From the sequence record MH359124: a stretch of 64,000 nucleotides of DNA. The stretch is one strand, 5' to 3'. Shown in pieces: positions 28,558 through 37,240 of the stretch (positions within the stretch are counted from its first letter, which is position 1; every line of letters starts with the position of its first letter). Source of the DNA: Escherichia phage SF. Made by a program: the position numbers and the translations under genes. The notes under the pieces were generated by a model. It saw only the letters and a program-made list of their open reading frames with translations, had not been told where the DNA came from and did no database searches.

Positions 28558-29016
28558 ATGACTATCAATTCAGACGTTTTTATCCGCCGTAATAAACTCC
28601 GTCGAATCTTTGAAACGGAGTTCCGCAAAATAAATGCTGGTATAAAAGATGCTGCAAAGTCTCTTGGACTACCAGGCTTTCATATCAAGTATTCTCAACA
28701 TCTCTTAGATCGTGCTATCCAGAGAGAAATAGATGAGAATTACGTTTTTGAATTATTTCGTAAAGTAAAAAATCATGTTAAAGAAGTTGCAGAATTTTTA
28801 TCAATGCCTGCACGTCCAGATGTTGATGAAGATTTTGTCGAAGGTGTCGAATATCGCCCAGGCCGTTTAGAAATAACTGACGGAAATCTTTGGTTAGGAC
28901 TTACAGTTTGTCGCGAAAATCCGGCATTCAAAATGAAGACTCTCCAATGCAGAATGGCTATTATTAACAGTAAACGACTACCAGGAAAAGCTTCTAAAGC
29001 AGTGATTAAAATCTAG
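28558..29016 (+). CDS. regB: RegB site-specific endoribonuclease
   Basis: MTINSDVFIRRNKLRR...YSQHLLDRAIQREIDE...; matches T4 RegB (152 aa). Confidence 0.9.
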   Translation: MTINSDVFIRRNKLRRIFETEFRKINAGIKDAAKSLGLPGFHIKYSQHLLDRAIQREIDENYVFELFRKVKNHVKEVAEFLSMPARPDVDEDFVEGVEYRPGRLEITDGNLWLGLTVCRENPAFKMKTLQCRMAIINSKRLPGKASKAVIKI

Positions 29017-29024
29017 AGGTAAAC

Positions 29025-29567
29025 ATGAGAAAAGCACTACTCGCTGGTCTATTTGCTCTTTCATTATCAGCACATAGCTCCGAGCATACTTTTAGTAATG
29101 TCCAACTCGATAACTTGAATTATGCTTATCAGTTTGGGGAACAGTTTTCTAAGGACGGAAAATTTAAAACGCATGAAAATATGCATAAGAAAGGACTTGG
29201 ATACATAATGGCCGCAATACTATGGCAGGAATCATCTGCCGGTATTAATCTTAAAGATAAGAAAGGTCACCATGCGTATGGAATGTTCCAAAATTATCTA
29301 CCAACAATGAAGGCAAGAATTAACCAGCTTGGTTATAATATGTCTGATGCCCAAATTAAGAAAATGCTATCTAAGCGGTCTAATTCAGCCAGATGGGCTT
29401 ATATCGAATTTTCTTATTGGTTAAATATACATAACGGGGATATAAGAAAAGCTATATCCTCATATAATGCGGGATGGAAGACAAGTGCTGGAAGTAAATA
29501 TGCTTCTGAAGTCCTAGAAAAGGCTAATTACCTTAAATCAAATAAACTACTGGAAATAAAAGAATGA
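29025..29567 (+). CDS. secreted SLT-domain lytic transglycosylase-like protein
   Basis: N-terminal signal peptide MRKALLAGLFALSLSAHS; ES...GMFQ and SYNAGW motifs. Confidence 0.6.
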   Translation: MRKALLAGLFALSLSAHSSEHTFSNVQLDNLNYAYQFGEQFSKDGKFKTHENMHKKGLGYIMAAILWQESSAGINLKDKKGHHAYGMFQNYLPTMKARINQLGYNMSDAQIKKMLSKRSNSARWAYIEFSYWLNIHNGDIRKAISSYNAGWKTSAGSKYASEVLEKANYLKSNKLLEIKE

Positions 29568-29911
29568 CCAAAATGTTGGCTTTAATAGTTGGCTTGGTTT
29601 CATTTAACACTCTTGCTAATACTACATATACTGATGTAACGGAGTATACAAACAGAACGGCGTCTGATTATTGTGGTAAAAGTCAAGAGTGTAAAGTAGA
29701 TTTTTCACAAAAATTGTTATATGCATATAAAGACGGAGAAAAAGATGGGGCGTCTAGTAGGTTCAAGGCGTCTACCTTAATTAAAAGATACTATAAAAAA
29801 TGGCAAATATTAGAATGCTCGGTGGCGGAACCTAAAGATAAGGCAGCATGCAATTCTATGGTGGACCGTCTAGTTGACTCTTATACTAGAGGACTTGCAG
29901 CAAGTGATTAA
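29564..29911 (+). CDS. small secreted/periplasmic protein
   Basis: Signal peptide MTKMLALIVGLVSFNTLA; 115 aa. Confidence 0.55.
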   Translation: MTKMLALIVGLVSFNTLANTTYTDVTEYTNRTASDYCGKSQECKVDFSQKLLYAYKDGEKDGASSRFKASTLIKRYYKKWQILECSVAEPKDKAACNSMVDRLVDSYTRGLAASD

Positions 29912-30371
29912 AAACTATATCAAGGGCGATATTGTCGCCCTGTTTTCTAAAGGTAATAATATCGCTCACGGGTGTAATTGTTTTCATACAATGGGCGCTG
30001 GTGTGGCAGGACAATTAGCAAAGGCTTATCCAAAAATTCTGGAAGCCGATAAACTTCAAACCGAATTCGGAGACGAGTCTAAACTCGGGACTTATTCGGT
30101 TTATGAAAAATATTTTAAGACACATAAAGCTTATTGCTTTAATCTTTATACACAGTTTGAGCCTGGACCTAATTTTGAGTACTCTGCTTTAATGAATTGT
30201 ATAATAGAATTAAATGAATTCGGAAAGAATAAGATAACAAAACCTGTAATTTATATGCCAAGAATTGGTGCAGGTATCGGTGGTGGAAACTGGGATGTCA
30301 TCGAAGAGATTTTAGATACGTATTCCACTAAACTAGAAATTGTGATTGTTGATTGGGAACCATTATTATGA
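29874..30371 (+). CDS. macrodomain protein, TARG1/DarG-like putative ADP-ribosyl hydrolase
   Basis: IAHGCNCFHTMGAGVAGQ and PRIGAGIGGGNW resemble TARG1 motifs (AHCISEDCRMGAGIA, PRIGCGLDRL); start uncertain (TTG 29874 or GTG 29904). Confidence 0.6.
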   Translation: MTLILEDLQQVIKNYIKGDIVALFSKGNNIAHGCNCFHTMGAGVAGQLAKAYPKILEADKLQTEFGDESKLGTYSVYEKYFKTHKAYCFNLYTQFEPGPNFEYSALMNCIIELNEFGKNKITKPVIYMPRIGAGIGGGNWDVIEEILDTYSTKLEIVIVDWEPLL

Positions 30372-30580
30372 ATATACATTATCCACATCCATATGACCCA
30401 AAGAATAAGGCAGTAATTATTCGTCAATGGGAACGCATTTGTCGTACTAAATGTCCAATTAATAGTCCGCATGATGTAGATAAAGACTACATTGGAACAT
30501 TCGTTGAATATACCTTTATTGATAAGAAAGGTCGTAAACAACACGTAGAAGAATATTGCTTAAAGGTGACATGGTTATGA
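30368..30580 (+). CDS. hypothetical protein
   Basis: ATGA overlap start MNIHYPHPYD. Confidence 0.5.
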   Translation: MNIHYPHPYDPKNKAVIIRQWERICRTKCPINSPHDVDKDYIGTFVEYTFIDKKGRKQHVEEYCLKVTWL

Positions 30581-30762
30581 GTTTAAGTAAAGAACAAAAA
30601 GACCGACTGTTTTCTCTTATTCATGAAGTTATGGATAAAAACAATGAATTGGAAAAAGTTTGTGATGAATGCGGTCCTTTTAATACCGATGAATATGAAG
30701 AACTGTGTAAAGATTTCGACGATAAAGAACAAGAACTTATTGATTATATAAATTCCTTATGA
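30577..30762 (+). CDS. hypothetical acidic protein
   Basis: MSLSKEQKDRLFSLIHEV; paralog-like to next ORF. Confidence 0.5.
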   Translation: MSLSKEQKDRLFSLIHEVMDKNNELEKVCDECGPFNTDEYEELCKDFDDKEQELIDYINSL

Positions 30763-30947
30763 TTACTCGCGAACAAAAGAATGAAATACGATTTTTAATC
30801 AGCGAAATTATTAGTTTAGAACGAGATTTATCTTTTGAATTGGCTTCGGATTATGGAGATGCTGAAACATACTACGAATTAGTAAAATCTATCGATAAAG
30901 CTGAAAATGATTTAGAAACATATTTAGAAAATTTAACTAAGGACTAA
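30759..30947 (+). CDS. hypothetical acidic protein
   Basis: MITREQKNEIRFLISEII; similar pattern to previous ORF. Confidence 0.5.
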   Translation: MITREQKNEIRFLISEIISLERDLSFELASDYGDAETYYELVKSIDKAENDLETYLENLTKD

Positions 30948-30948
30948 G

Positions 30949-31530
30949 ATGGCGAGTTTAATTTTTACTTATGCAGCAATGAATGCTGGAAAATCTGCTT
31001 CTCTTTTGACTGCTGCACATAATTATAAAGAACGTGGCATGGGTGTATTAGTTCTTAAACCGGCTATTGATACTCGCGATTCAAAAGGTGAAATAGTCTC
31101 TCGTATTGGTATTCGTCAAGACGCCAATATAATTACAAAAGACATGGATATCTTTGAATTCTATAAATGGGCTGCAGCACAAAAGGATATTCATTGTGTA
31201 TTTGTTGACGAAGCTCAGTTCTTAACCACTGAAAAGGTGTATCAACTTAGTCGTATTGTTGACGTATACAATGTGCCGGTAATGGCATATGGACTACGAA
31301 CAGATTTTAAAGGTAATCTATTTGAAGGTTCTCAAGCATTAATGGCTATTGCCGATAAGCTTGTTGAACTTAAAGGTGTCTGTCATTGTGGTAAAAAGGC
31401 CACAATGGTAGCTAGAGTCACGGAAGACGGACTTCCAATTACAGATGGCAGTCAAATTGAAATTGGTGATACCGATAGATATGTGTCATTATGCCGGAAG
31501 CATTGGAATGATTTGACAGGGTTGTTATAA
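30949..31530 (+). CDS. tk: thymidine kinase
   Basis: 193 aa; P-loop AAMNAGKSA; C-terminal CHCGKKA zinc motif; matches T4 Tk. Confidence 0.92.
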   Translation: MASLIFTYAAMNAGKSASLLTAAHNYKERGMGVLVLKPAIDTRDSKGEIVSRIGIRQDANIITKDMDIFEFYKWAAAQKDIHCVFVDEAQFLTTEKVYQLSRIVDVYNVPVMAYGLRTDFKGNLFEGSQALMAIADKLVELKGVCHCGKKATMVARVTEDGLPITDGSQIEIGDTDRYVSLCRKHWNDLTGLL

Positions 31531-31557
31531 ATACTAATATCTAACCAAGAGGTATAT

Positions 31558-31770
31558 ATGCAGCAATTAAACGAAAGACAACTTCGTAATCTTACTGTAA
31601 CCCAATTGGATGAAATCCGAAGAGAATTAGGACATTCTATTTCTCATTTAAACGAGGATATCCGTCAAACTGGTTCTAAAGCTGATTATACACGCAAGCG
31701 CAAGCTGGAAAAATACCTCACAGATGTTAAGGCCGTCCAAAGGCGAAAAATAAATACTGGCCAAAATTAA
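31558..31770 (+). CDS. hypothetical protein
   Basis: 70 aa basic ORF. Confidence 0.5.
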   Translation: MQQLNERQLRNLTVTQLDEIRRELGHSISHLNEDIRQTGSKADYTRKRKLEKYLTDVKAVQRRKINTGQN

Positions 31771-31782
31771 CAGGAGGCCTAT

Positions 31783-32085
31783 ATGGCCTTAAGAGCGATA
31801 GCCATTGCGGCGATGCTGGGGTTTTTTGCAGCAACAACTCCTATCGTTGGCACTGCATATGTCGACCCATACTTTGACAACTTTATGGAATCAGGGATTA
31901 AAAACGTATATACTTTGTTCGAAATTCAAAATGTTGAGAATTCCGAAAAATTTTATAAGTATATGGCAAAGCATTACAAAAATAGCCCCTGTGATGATGC
32001 ATTTGAATGTCATGAACAAGGCATAAAAACTGCCAGACAATTTGCCGAGTTCATGAAAATAAAATTAGAGCCTACATCTATCTAA
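31783..32085 (+). CDS. small secreted protein
   Basis: Signal peptide MALRAIAIAAMLGFFAATTPIVGTA. Confidence 0.55.
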   Translation: MALRAIAIAAMLGFFAATTPIVGTAYVDPYFDNFMESGIKNVYTLFEIQNVENSEKFYKYMAKHYKNSPCDDAFECHEQGIKTARQFAEFMKIKLEPTSI

Positions 32086-32091
32086 TTTACT

Positions 32092-32121
32092 AGCCCCTTC
32101 CGAAAGGTTGGGGCTTTTTTG
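32092..32121 (+). terminator. rho-independent terminator AGCCCC-TTCCGAAAGGTT-GGGGCT-TTTTTT (repeat copy 3)
   Basis: Identical stem-loop to 16121 copy. Confidence 0.7.
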
Positions 32122-32128
32122 CATTTAG

Positions 32129-32184
32129 CAGTTTACTTCTCCTCAGGTTGTGTTATAGTAGACCTTACTTACTAGAGGAGAACG
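32129..32184 (+). promoter_or_regulatory. PeSL-like early promoter with SD-containing stem (TTCTCCTC / GAGGAGAA; TATAGT in loop)
   Basis: caGTTTACTTCTCCTCaggttgtgtTATAGTagaccttacttactaGAGGAGAAcgttATG. Confidence 0.6.
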
Positions 32185-32186
32185 TT

Positions 32187-32366
32187 ATGTCACGTAAAGA
32201 AAAAATTTCTAAGTTAATGTTTTTAATTGAAGAGTACGCTAACGCTGTATCCGATTGGGAAAATGCCCACGGGTGTGAAGACGGTGATATCGATATCAAT
32301 AAGGCAATGAAAAAGATGGCTGAAGCCCACACCGAATTGCAAATGTATGTTAACGAGATTATGTGA
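32187..32366 (+). CDS. hypothetical protein
   Basis: MSRKEKISKLMFLIEEYANAV. Confidence 0.5.
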   Translation: MSRKEKISKLMFLIEEYANAVSDWENAHGCEDGDIDINKAMKKMAEAHTELQMYVNEIM

Positions 32367-32373
32367 GGACATT

Positions 32374-32580
32374 ATGCTTTACGATTATACCGGAAAATCT
32401 GAAGACGGTGTACTTGAACTTTTACCTGAAAGCGCTGAAGATGATGATATGGTGGTGATGTTTTGTAAAAATGGTCCTGGGGATAAGGGATGGATTTATC
32501 TTCGCCAAGAAAATGACTTAATTGTTTTGGACCCTAAACAAGTTGAAGAACTTTATCAACATTTAAAACACAATCGGTAG
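32374..32580 (+). CDS. hypothetical protein
   Basis: ATG after GAGG; MLYDYTGKSEDG. Confidence 0.5.
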   Translation: MLYDYTGKSEDGVLELLPESAEDDDMVVMFCKNGPGDKGWIYLRQENDLIVLDPKQVEELYQHLKHNR

Positions 32581-32626
32581 TTTACGACTTGGTAGGACTA
32601 TGATATAGTAATCCTACCAAAACAAA
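32578..32626 (+). promoter_or_regulatory. PeSL-like promoter (GTTTAC; TATAGT inside GGTAGGACTA / TAATCCTACC)
   Basis: aGTTTACgacttGGTAGGActatgaTATAGTaaTCCTACCaaaacaa. Confidence 0.6.
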
Positions 32627-32637
32627 TGGAGAACAAA

Positions 32638-32748
32638 ATGAAACTTTTGCTTATCGCTTATGTTGTAGTACAATACAATTATCCGATGTTTACTTATAAC
32701 ATGGTAAACAGCATAGTGAATCTTATTGAAACGAGTATGGTAAAATGA
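32638..32748 (+). CDS. small hydrophobic peptide (36 aa)
   Basis: ATG after GGAG; MKLLLIAYVVVQYNYPMF; below track length cutoff. Confidence 0.3.
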   Translation: MKLLLIAYVVVQYNYPMFTYNMVNSIVNLIETSMVK

Positions 32749-32924
32749 CACGTGAACAAGCTAATAAATTGATGGACCTTATCCGTGACTTACGTGAAGC
32801 TGATTCAGATTTGAATGATGTAGCTTATCATGCGGTAAATGATAGCGGAGACTTTTACGAAAATCAGGTTGATGCTTGCCAGAATGCTTTGGTGAATTTT
32901 GTTGAAACTTTAATTGGTGAATAA
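32745..32924 (+). CDS. small hypothetical protein (59 aa)
   Basis: ATGA-coupled start MTREQANKLMDLIRDLREAD; below track length cutoff. Confidence 0.4.
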   Translation: MTREQANKLMDLIRDLREADSDLNDVAYHAVNDSGDFYENQVDACQNALVNFVETLIGE

Positions 32925-32925
32925 T

Positions 32926-33456
32926 ATGAAAACTGTAATTGAAACAACCGAGTTGTTTGGTGATTTATGTATTGAAAAACGTGGTTATGCTTACGTTCTG
33001 ACACAAGAAGACGATGCGGTTACTATTCTTCCTATGGAACTCGACAAGATTTTGAAACTCAATCCACCCGGCCATGCATCTGTAATTAACATTAACGAAG
33101 ACCTTCAAGTTCGTTTTTATCATGGACTTTATAGTGGGGTTAATATCGAAACTGAAGACGAATGTTTTTCTATTAATAATTGGAAAACATTCGTCACTAA
33201 GGTGAAAGAATTAATGGAATCTGAAACAGCCAAAAAGGCCAAACTTCAATGGGCTAAATGCCGTAATGCTTTTATTACAAATCAGGACCGCCCTGACTAT
33301 ACAACAGTCCTAGGCGTTAATCCTTCTTATGAAGATGGTGATGTCGTAGTTATTCGTCAAATTGATGACCTTCGTCAACATATCATTACATTAGACAAAG
33401 ATGAAGCAGTTGCTCTTAAAGCTTATCTTGATTCTATTATCCCGACTTTGAAATAA
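32926..33456 (+). CDS. hypothetical protein
   Basis: MKTVIETTELFGDL; 176 aa. Confidence 0.55.
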   Translation: MKTVIETTELFGDLCIEKRGYAYVLTQEDDAVTILPMELDKILKLNPPGHASVININEDLQVRFYHGLYSGVNIETEDECFSINNWKTFVTKVKELMESETAKKAKLQWAKCRNAFITNQDRPDYTTVLGVNPSYEDGDVVVIRQIDDLRQHIITLDKDEAVALKAYLDSIIPTLK

Positions 33457-33465
33457 GGAATTATT

Positions 33466-33939
33466 ATGATTATCAATGAAAACTCTTGGCACTTTAAAAT
33501 TTATGCCGCGTTCAATAGTACATGGAATCGCCCGAAAACGTTGTGTGCTTATTTTTGGAAAACGTTAATCCCGGTATTGTCTGTTTCAATTATCGGATTT
33601 GCGATTTTAGCAGCAGTCGTAATCATTGGCCAGGAAATTTTAACTAAATTCTTTGTTTTTAGCAGTTTATGGACATTAGTTCCAGCCTCAATTGGCGTAG
33701 GCGTTTTAATGGTAGCAGTCATGGCTTTTATTGCTACCGGGTTGGTAATTGGTCCGTCTTGGTTGTTAGACAAATATAACGACAGAAAATATTATAAAGA
33801 AATTGAGTTCATTGCGCAAAACCAAGAACGAATTAAAAATGGACTTGAGCCTATTGAACGTAAGAAATCATTAATAGGCGAATACCTTAAAGCTCGTAAA
33901 GAAAAAGTCTGTCCTACTCTTGAATATAAGGCTAAATGA
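33466..33939 (+). CDS. membrane protein (about 3 TM helices)
   Basis: LIPVLSVSIIGFAILAAVVIIG and LWTLVPASIGVGVLMVAVMAFIATGLVIG. Confidence 0.55.
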   Translation: MIINENSWHFKIYAAFNSTWNRPKTLCAYFWKTLIPVLSVSIIGFAILAAVVIIGQEILTKFFVFSSLWTLVPASIGVGVLMVAVMAFIATGLVIGPSWLLDKYNDRKYYKEIEFIAQNQERIKNGLEPIERKKSLIGEYLKARKEKVCPTLEYKAK

Positions 33940-34925
33940 TGAAAACAATTATGAAAGGCTACTTTGGTAGCCACCTTTATGGAACGTCTACTCCTGAATC
34001 TGACGTCGATTTTAAAGAAATTTATGTCCCTCATGCTCGTGATATCTTGACCGGTAACGTTAAAGAACACATGAGCAAGAACACGAATAACACATCTTCT
34101 AAGAACACAAAAGACGACGTGGACCACGAGTTGTATAGTCTCAAATATTTCTTTAAACTAGCTATGGATGGTGAAACTGTCGCATTAGATATGCTTCACA
34201 CTCCGCAAAGTCTAGTAGTTAAATCTGATTTGCCTGACATGTGGAAGTATATTCAAGACAACAGGTCTCGTTTCTATACCACTAACATGAAATCTTATTT
34301 AGGGTATGTCCGTAAGCAAGCTTCTAAATACGGTGTCAAGGGTTCTCGACTGGCTATTCTTCGTCAAGCCCTTAAACGTTCTAATGAATGGGGTCAATAC
34401 TTTGATAATGGTGCAGTAATTCGTTTATCACATATGAAGAATGTTCTGCCCGTAGGTGAATTTGCTTCGTGGGTTGAAACCGAAAACGAGAAAACAGGTA
34501 AGCAAACGTTCTATAATCTGTTAGACCGTAAATTCCAAGACACATTAACCAATAAAGAGTTCAATGCCATCCTGGTTAAACTGGAAGAGAACTATGGCGA
34601 ACGTGCTCGTAAGGCAGAAGCTAACGAAGGTATTGACTGGAAAGCATTGAGTCATGCATGTCGTGGTGGACTTCAACTATTAGAAATTTATAAAACCGGC
34701 GACCTGGTTTACCCACTTCGGGATGCTCCATTTATTCTAGATGTTAAGCTTGGTAAACATACGTTTAAAACTGTACAAGAATTCCTAGAAGATATCGTTG
34801 ACCAAGTTGAACAAGCATCAGAACAAGCTGCCAAGAACGGTATGCAACAAAAAGTAGATATGAGTTTCTGGGATGATTTCCTTGAGCAAGTCTACTTAGA
34901 AAACCACAATTCGTACTATAAATGA
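33936..34925 (+). CDS. nucleotidyltransferase-fold protein (pol-beta superfamily GS...DxD motif)
   Basis: N-terminus YFGSHLYGTSTPESDVDF; 329 aa. Confidence 0.6.
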   Translation: MMKTIMKGYFGSHLYGTSTPESDVDFKEIYVPHARDILTGNVKEHMSKNTNNTSSKNTKDDVDHELYSLKYFFKLAMDGETVALDMLHTPQSLVVKSDLPDMWKYIQDNRSRFYTTNMKSYLGYVRKQASKYGVKGSRLAILRQALKRSNEWGQYFDNGAVIRLSHMKNVLPVGEFASWVETENEKTGKQTFYNLLDRKFQDTLTNKEFNAILVKLEENYGERARKAEANEGIDWKALSHACRGGLQLLEIYKTGDLVYPLRDAPFILDVKLGKHTFKTVQEFLEDIVDQVEQASEQAAKNGMQQKVDMSFWDDFLEQVYLENHNSYYK

Positions 34926-34926
34926 T

Positions 34927-34944
34927 AAGGGCCTTCGGGCCCTT
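34927..34944 (+). terminator. stem-loop AAGGGCC-TTCG-GGCCCTT
   Basis: Perfect GC-rich hairpin right after stop; weak T tract. Confidence 0.45.
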
Positions 34945-34971
34945 TAGGGGGTCAAAATATTTTTAAAAAGT

Positions 34972-35016
34972 AGTGTACATGCTTTTAGGATATGTTATTA
35001 TAGACATATCAAAACA
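34972..35016 (+). promoter_or_regulatory. PeSL-like promoter (GTGTAC; TATTAT inside GGATATG / CATATC)
   Basis: taGTGTACatgcttttaGGATATGttatTATAGACATATCaaaacaa. Confidence 0.5.
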
Positions 35017-35031
35017 AGAGGAGAAAACAAA

Positions 35032-35250
35032 ATGAAAACCAAAATGTTAGAAATGATTCGTGAAGCTGGTGATAAAGGTCTTATGGTTAACACTCGTGAT
35101 GCAGACCAACGTCAAGCATTCGGTGAACTGAAATCCAAAGGTCTGGTTAAAGCATCCTTGGGAATCGGTAATGCATTACGAGTCACTTTGACTCCTGCTG
35201 GTAAAGCAGTGTTCTTTCAACCTCTTACCAAAAAATCTCGTCGCAAATAA
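35032..35250 (+). CDS. small basic protein, possible DNA-binding
   Basis: 72 aa, Lys/Arg-rich C-terminus. Confidence 0.5.
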   Translation: MKTKMLEMIREAGDKGLMVNTRDADQRQAFGELKSKGLVKASLGIGNALRVTLTPAGKAVFFQPLTKKSRRK

Positions 35251-35251
35251 T

Positions 35252-35296
35252 TGTTTACTTTTGCTTTAAACGTGTTATTATAGACCTATCGAAACG
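35252..35296 (+). promoter_or_regulatory. PeSL-like promoter (GTTTAC; TATTATAGACCTATC)
   Basis: ttGTTTACttttgctttaaacgtgtTATTATAGACCTATCgaaac. Confidence 0.5.
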
Positions 35297-35320
35297 AAAT
35301 GAGTAAATTTGGAGAATAAA

Positions 35321-36301
35321 ATGTTCAACGTTCAAATCAAAAAAGGTATCTATCGTAATAACGAAATCTCTGGTTCTTATGTTGCCACAAAGACCTGGTT
35401 CCCGGCAAAGCTTAATCCTGAATGTTCCCACTTAGGTGATGGTAAAATTTTCGTTATGATTGATGGTTCTGAACGTGGAGTATGGGTCTTCAAATCAGAC
35501 ATCGTAATGGAAGGAGCTGAGACATCACCAGTTGCAGTTGTTGAAAGCACTGAAGATATGAAAACTCGTATCAACAAACGCTTTAAAGTAATGAGCATGA
35601 TGACGAATGGCATTATCGATGGCAAAATTCGTTCACTCATTATTTCAGGTGCAGCTGGTATTGGTAAGACGTATTCTCTGGATAAAGCACTTAATAATGC
35701 TAATGATAACGGTTTCATCAAATACAAAAGCATTAATGGTAAAATCTCTGGTATTGGCCTTTACGAACAACTTTGGCTCAACCGTGATGCAGACAGCGTT
35801 CTCTTAATCGACGACGTTGATGTATTCTCGGATATGGACATCTTGAACCTTCTTAAAGCAGCATTAGATACCGGTGATAAACGCAAAGTTTGTTGGAGCA
35901 CTGCGTCATCTTATCTCGATGATAAGGGTATTGATAAAGAATTTGAGTTTGAAGGTACTATCGTTTTCATTACAAACGTTGATATCGATAAAGAGTTAGA
36001 ACGCGGTTCGAAACTTGCTCCGCACCTTCAAGCTTTAGTATCTCGTTCAGTGTATCTCGACCTTGGAGTACACTCTAATGAAGAGATTATGGTTCGAGTT
36101 GAAGATGTAATATTATCTACTGACATGATGCAGAAACGTGGTCTGACGGATGCAGAAACGTATAAAGCATTGTCCTGGATGAAGGCTAACGTATCTCGTC
36201 TTCGCAATGTATCATTACGTACGGCTCTTTATGTAGCAGATTTTATTTCAACTGATAAAGACGGTTGGGAGGAAATCTCTGAAGTTACACTTCTGAAATA
36301 A
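35321..36301 (+). CDS. AAA-type ATPase
   Basis: Walker A GAAGIGKTYS, Walker B VLLIDDVD; 326 aa. Confidence 0.65.
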   Translation: MFNVQIKKGIYRNNEISGSYVATKTWFPAKLNPECSHLGDGKIFVMIDGSERGVWVFKSDIVMEGAETSPVAVVESTEDMKTRINKRFKVMSMMTNGIIDGKIRSLIISGAAGIGKTYSLDKALNNANDNGFIKYKSINGKISGIGLYEQLWLNRDADSVLLIDDVDVFSDMDILNLLKAALDTGDKRKVCWSTASSYLDDKGIDKEFEFEGTIVFITNVDIDKELERGSKLAPHLQALVSRSVYLDLGVHSNEEIMVRVEDVILSTDMMQKRGLTDAETYKALSWMKANVSRLRNVSLRTALYVADFISTDKDGWEEISEVTLLK

Positions 36302-36311
36302 AGGTGAAATT

Positions 36312-36653
36312 ATGTTTGAACAATTTATTTACAATCTTTATAACGCAGGTCAGACTTTTTCCAAAGCTATGAAACAATCCGTCGAGGACTATGATAAAGA
36401 AGTTATCAACGGATATACCAATAGAGTTTATAAAACCGATTGTGAAGAAGGAGACTACAAGAGACTGCTCTTGGCCGCGAAGACTCAGGCCTTAATAAAT
36501 CTAGACCGAAAGCAGGTAAAGTTGGCAGGCGACTTCCGAGGTGAACTCTGCGCCATCAGGAATGAATATCGCATTCGTATCGAACACCAACGGAAAAATA
36601 CTACCCAATCCGCTTGGTTCAGTGGAAAAAATACCGAAAAAAGTTTCTTTTAG
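36312..36653 (+). CDS. hypothetical protein
   Basis: 113 aa. Confidence 0.5.
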   Translation: MFEQFIYNLYNAGQTFSKAMKQSVEDYDKEVINGYTNRVYKTDCEEGDYKRLLLAAKTQALINLDRKQVKLAGDFRGELCAIRNEYRIRIEHQRKNTTQSAWFSGKNTEKSFF

Positions 36654-36696
36654 TTGTTTACAAGGTCTATGGTTATGTTATTATAGACCTATCAAC
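36654..36696 (+). promoter_or_regulatory. PeSL-like promoter (GTTTAC; TATTAT inside AGGTCTAT / ATAGACCT)
   Basis: ttGTTTACaAGGTCTATggttatgtTATTATAGACCTatcaac. Confidence 0.6.
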
Positions 36697-36711
36697 TACT
36701 GGAGGTAAAAC

Positions 36712-37239
36712 ATGAACGCTAAAGATATTTTCAACCTGGTAAATTATAACGACGGTAAATTTAAATCTGAAGCACAAAGCAAGTTCTTTAATGACGTTGC
36801 TTATGGTAACGAGATTACCGTGGACGGAGGTCAGATTTTCAAATCTCGTTGGAATTGGATTGCTATCATCGATTCAGTTGGAATTGTGGAAGTCTACAAA
36901 AACACTAACAAAAAACGTACATTATTCTGGTCTCGTGAAACTAACGAGCAGTACAAAAAGGATAAAGCATCTCGTTTATCCAAAGTAACCCAGGAAGATA
37001 TCGAGTTTATCAAGAAAGATATCGAGATGTACGAAAATTTAATCGCTGAAGACCAGGCAGTACTCGATAAGTTTGATGAAATTAAAGCTTCTCGTGAAAT
37101 CCCTGACTTCATGAAAGAAACAGTAAACGAACGATACGCTCTCACTTCAGAACGTATTGCAAACTATACAAAACAGAAAGCAGAACGTATTAGTACTCTT
37201 CGGAAATTTGAAGAACGTTTAAAGACGGTTCACGCATAA
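36712..37239 (+). CDS. hypothetical protein
   Basis: 175 aa. Confidence 0.55.
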   Translation: MNAKDIFNLVNYNDGKFKSEAQSKFFNDVAYGNEITVDGGQIFKSRWNWIAIIDSVGIVEVYKNTNKKRTLFWSRETNEQYKKDKASRLSKVTQEDIEFIKKDIEMYENLIAEDQAVLDKFDEIKASREIPDFMKETVNERYALTSERIANYTKQKAERISTLRKFEERLKTVHA

Positions 37240-37240
37240 A

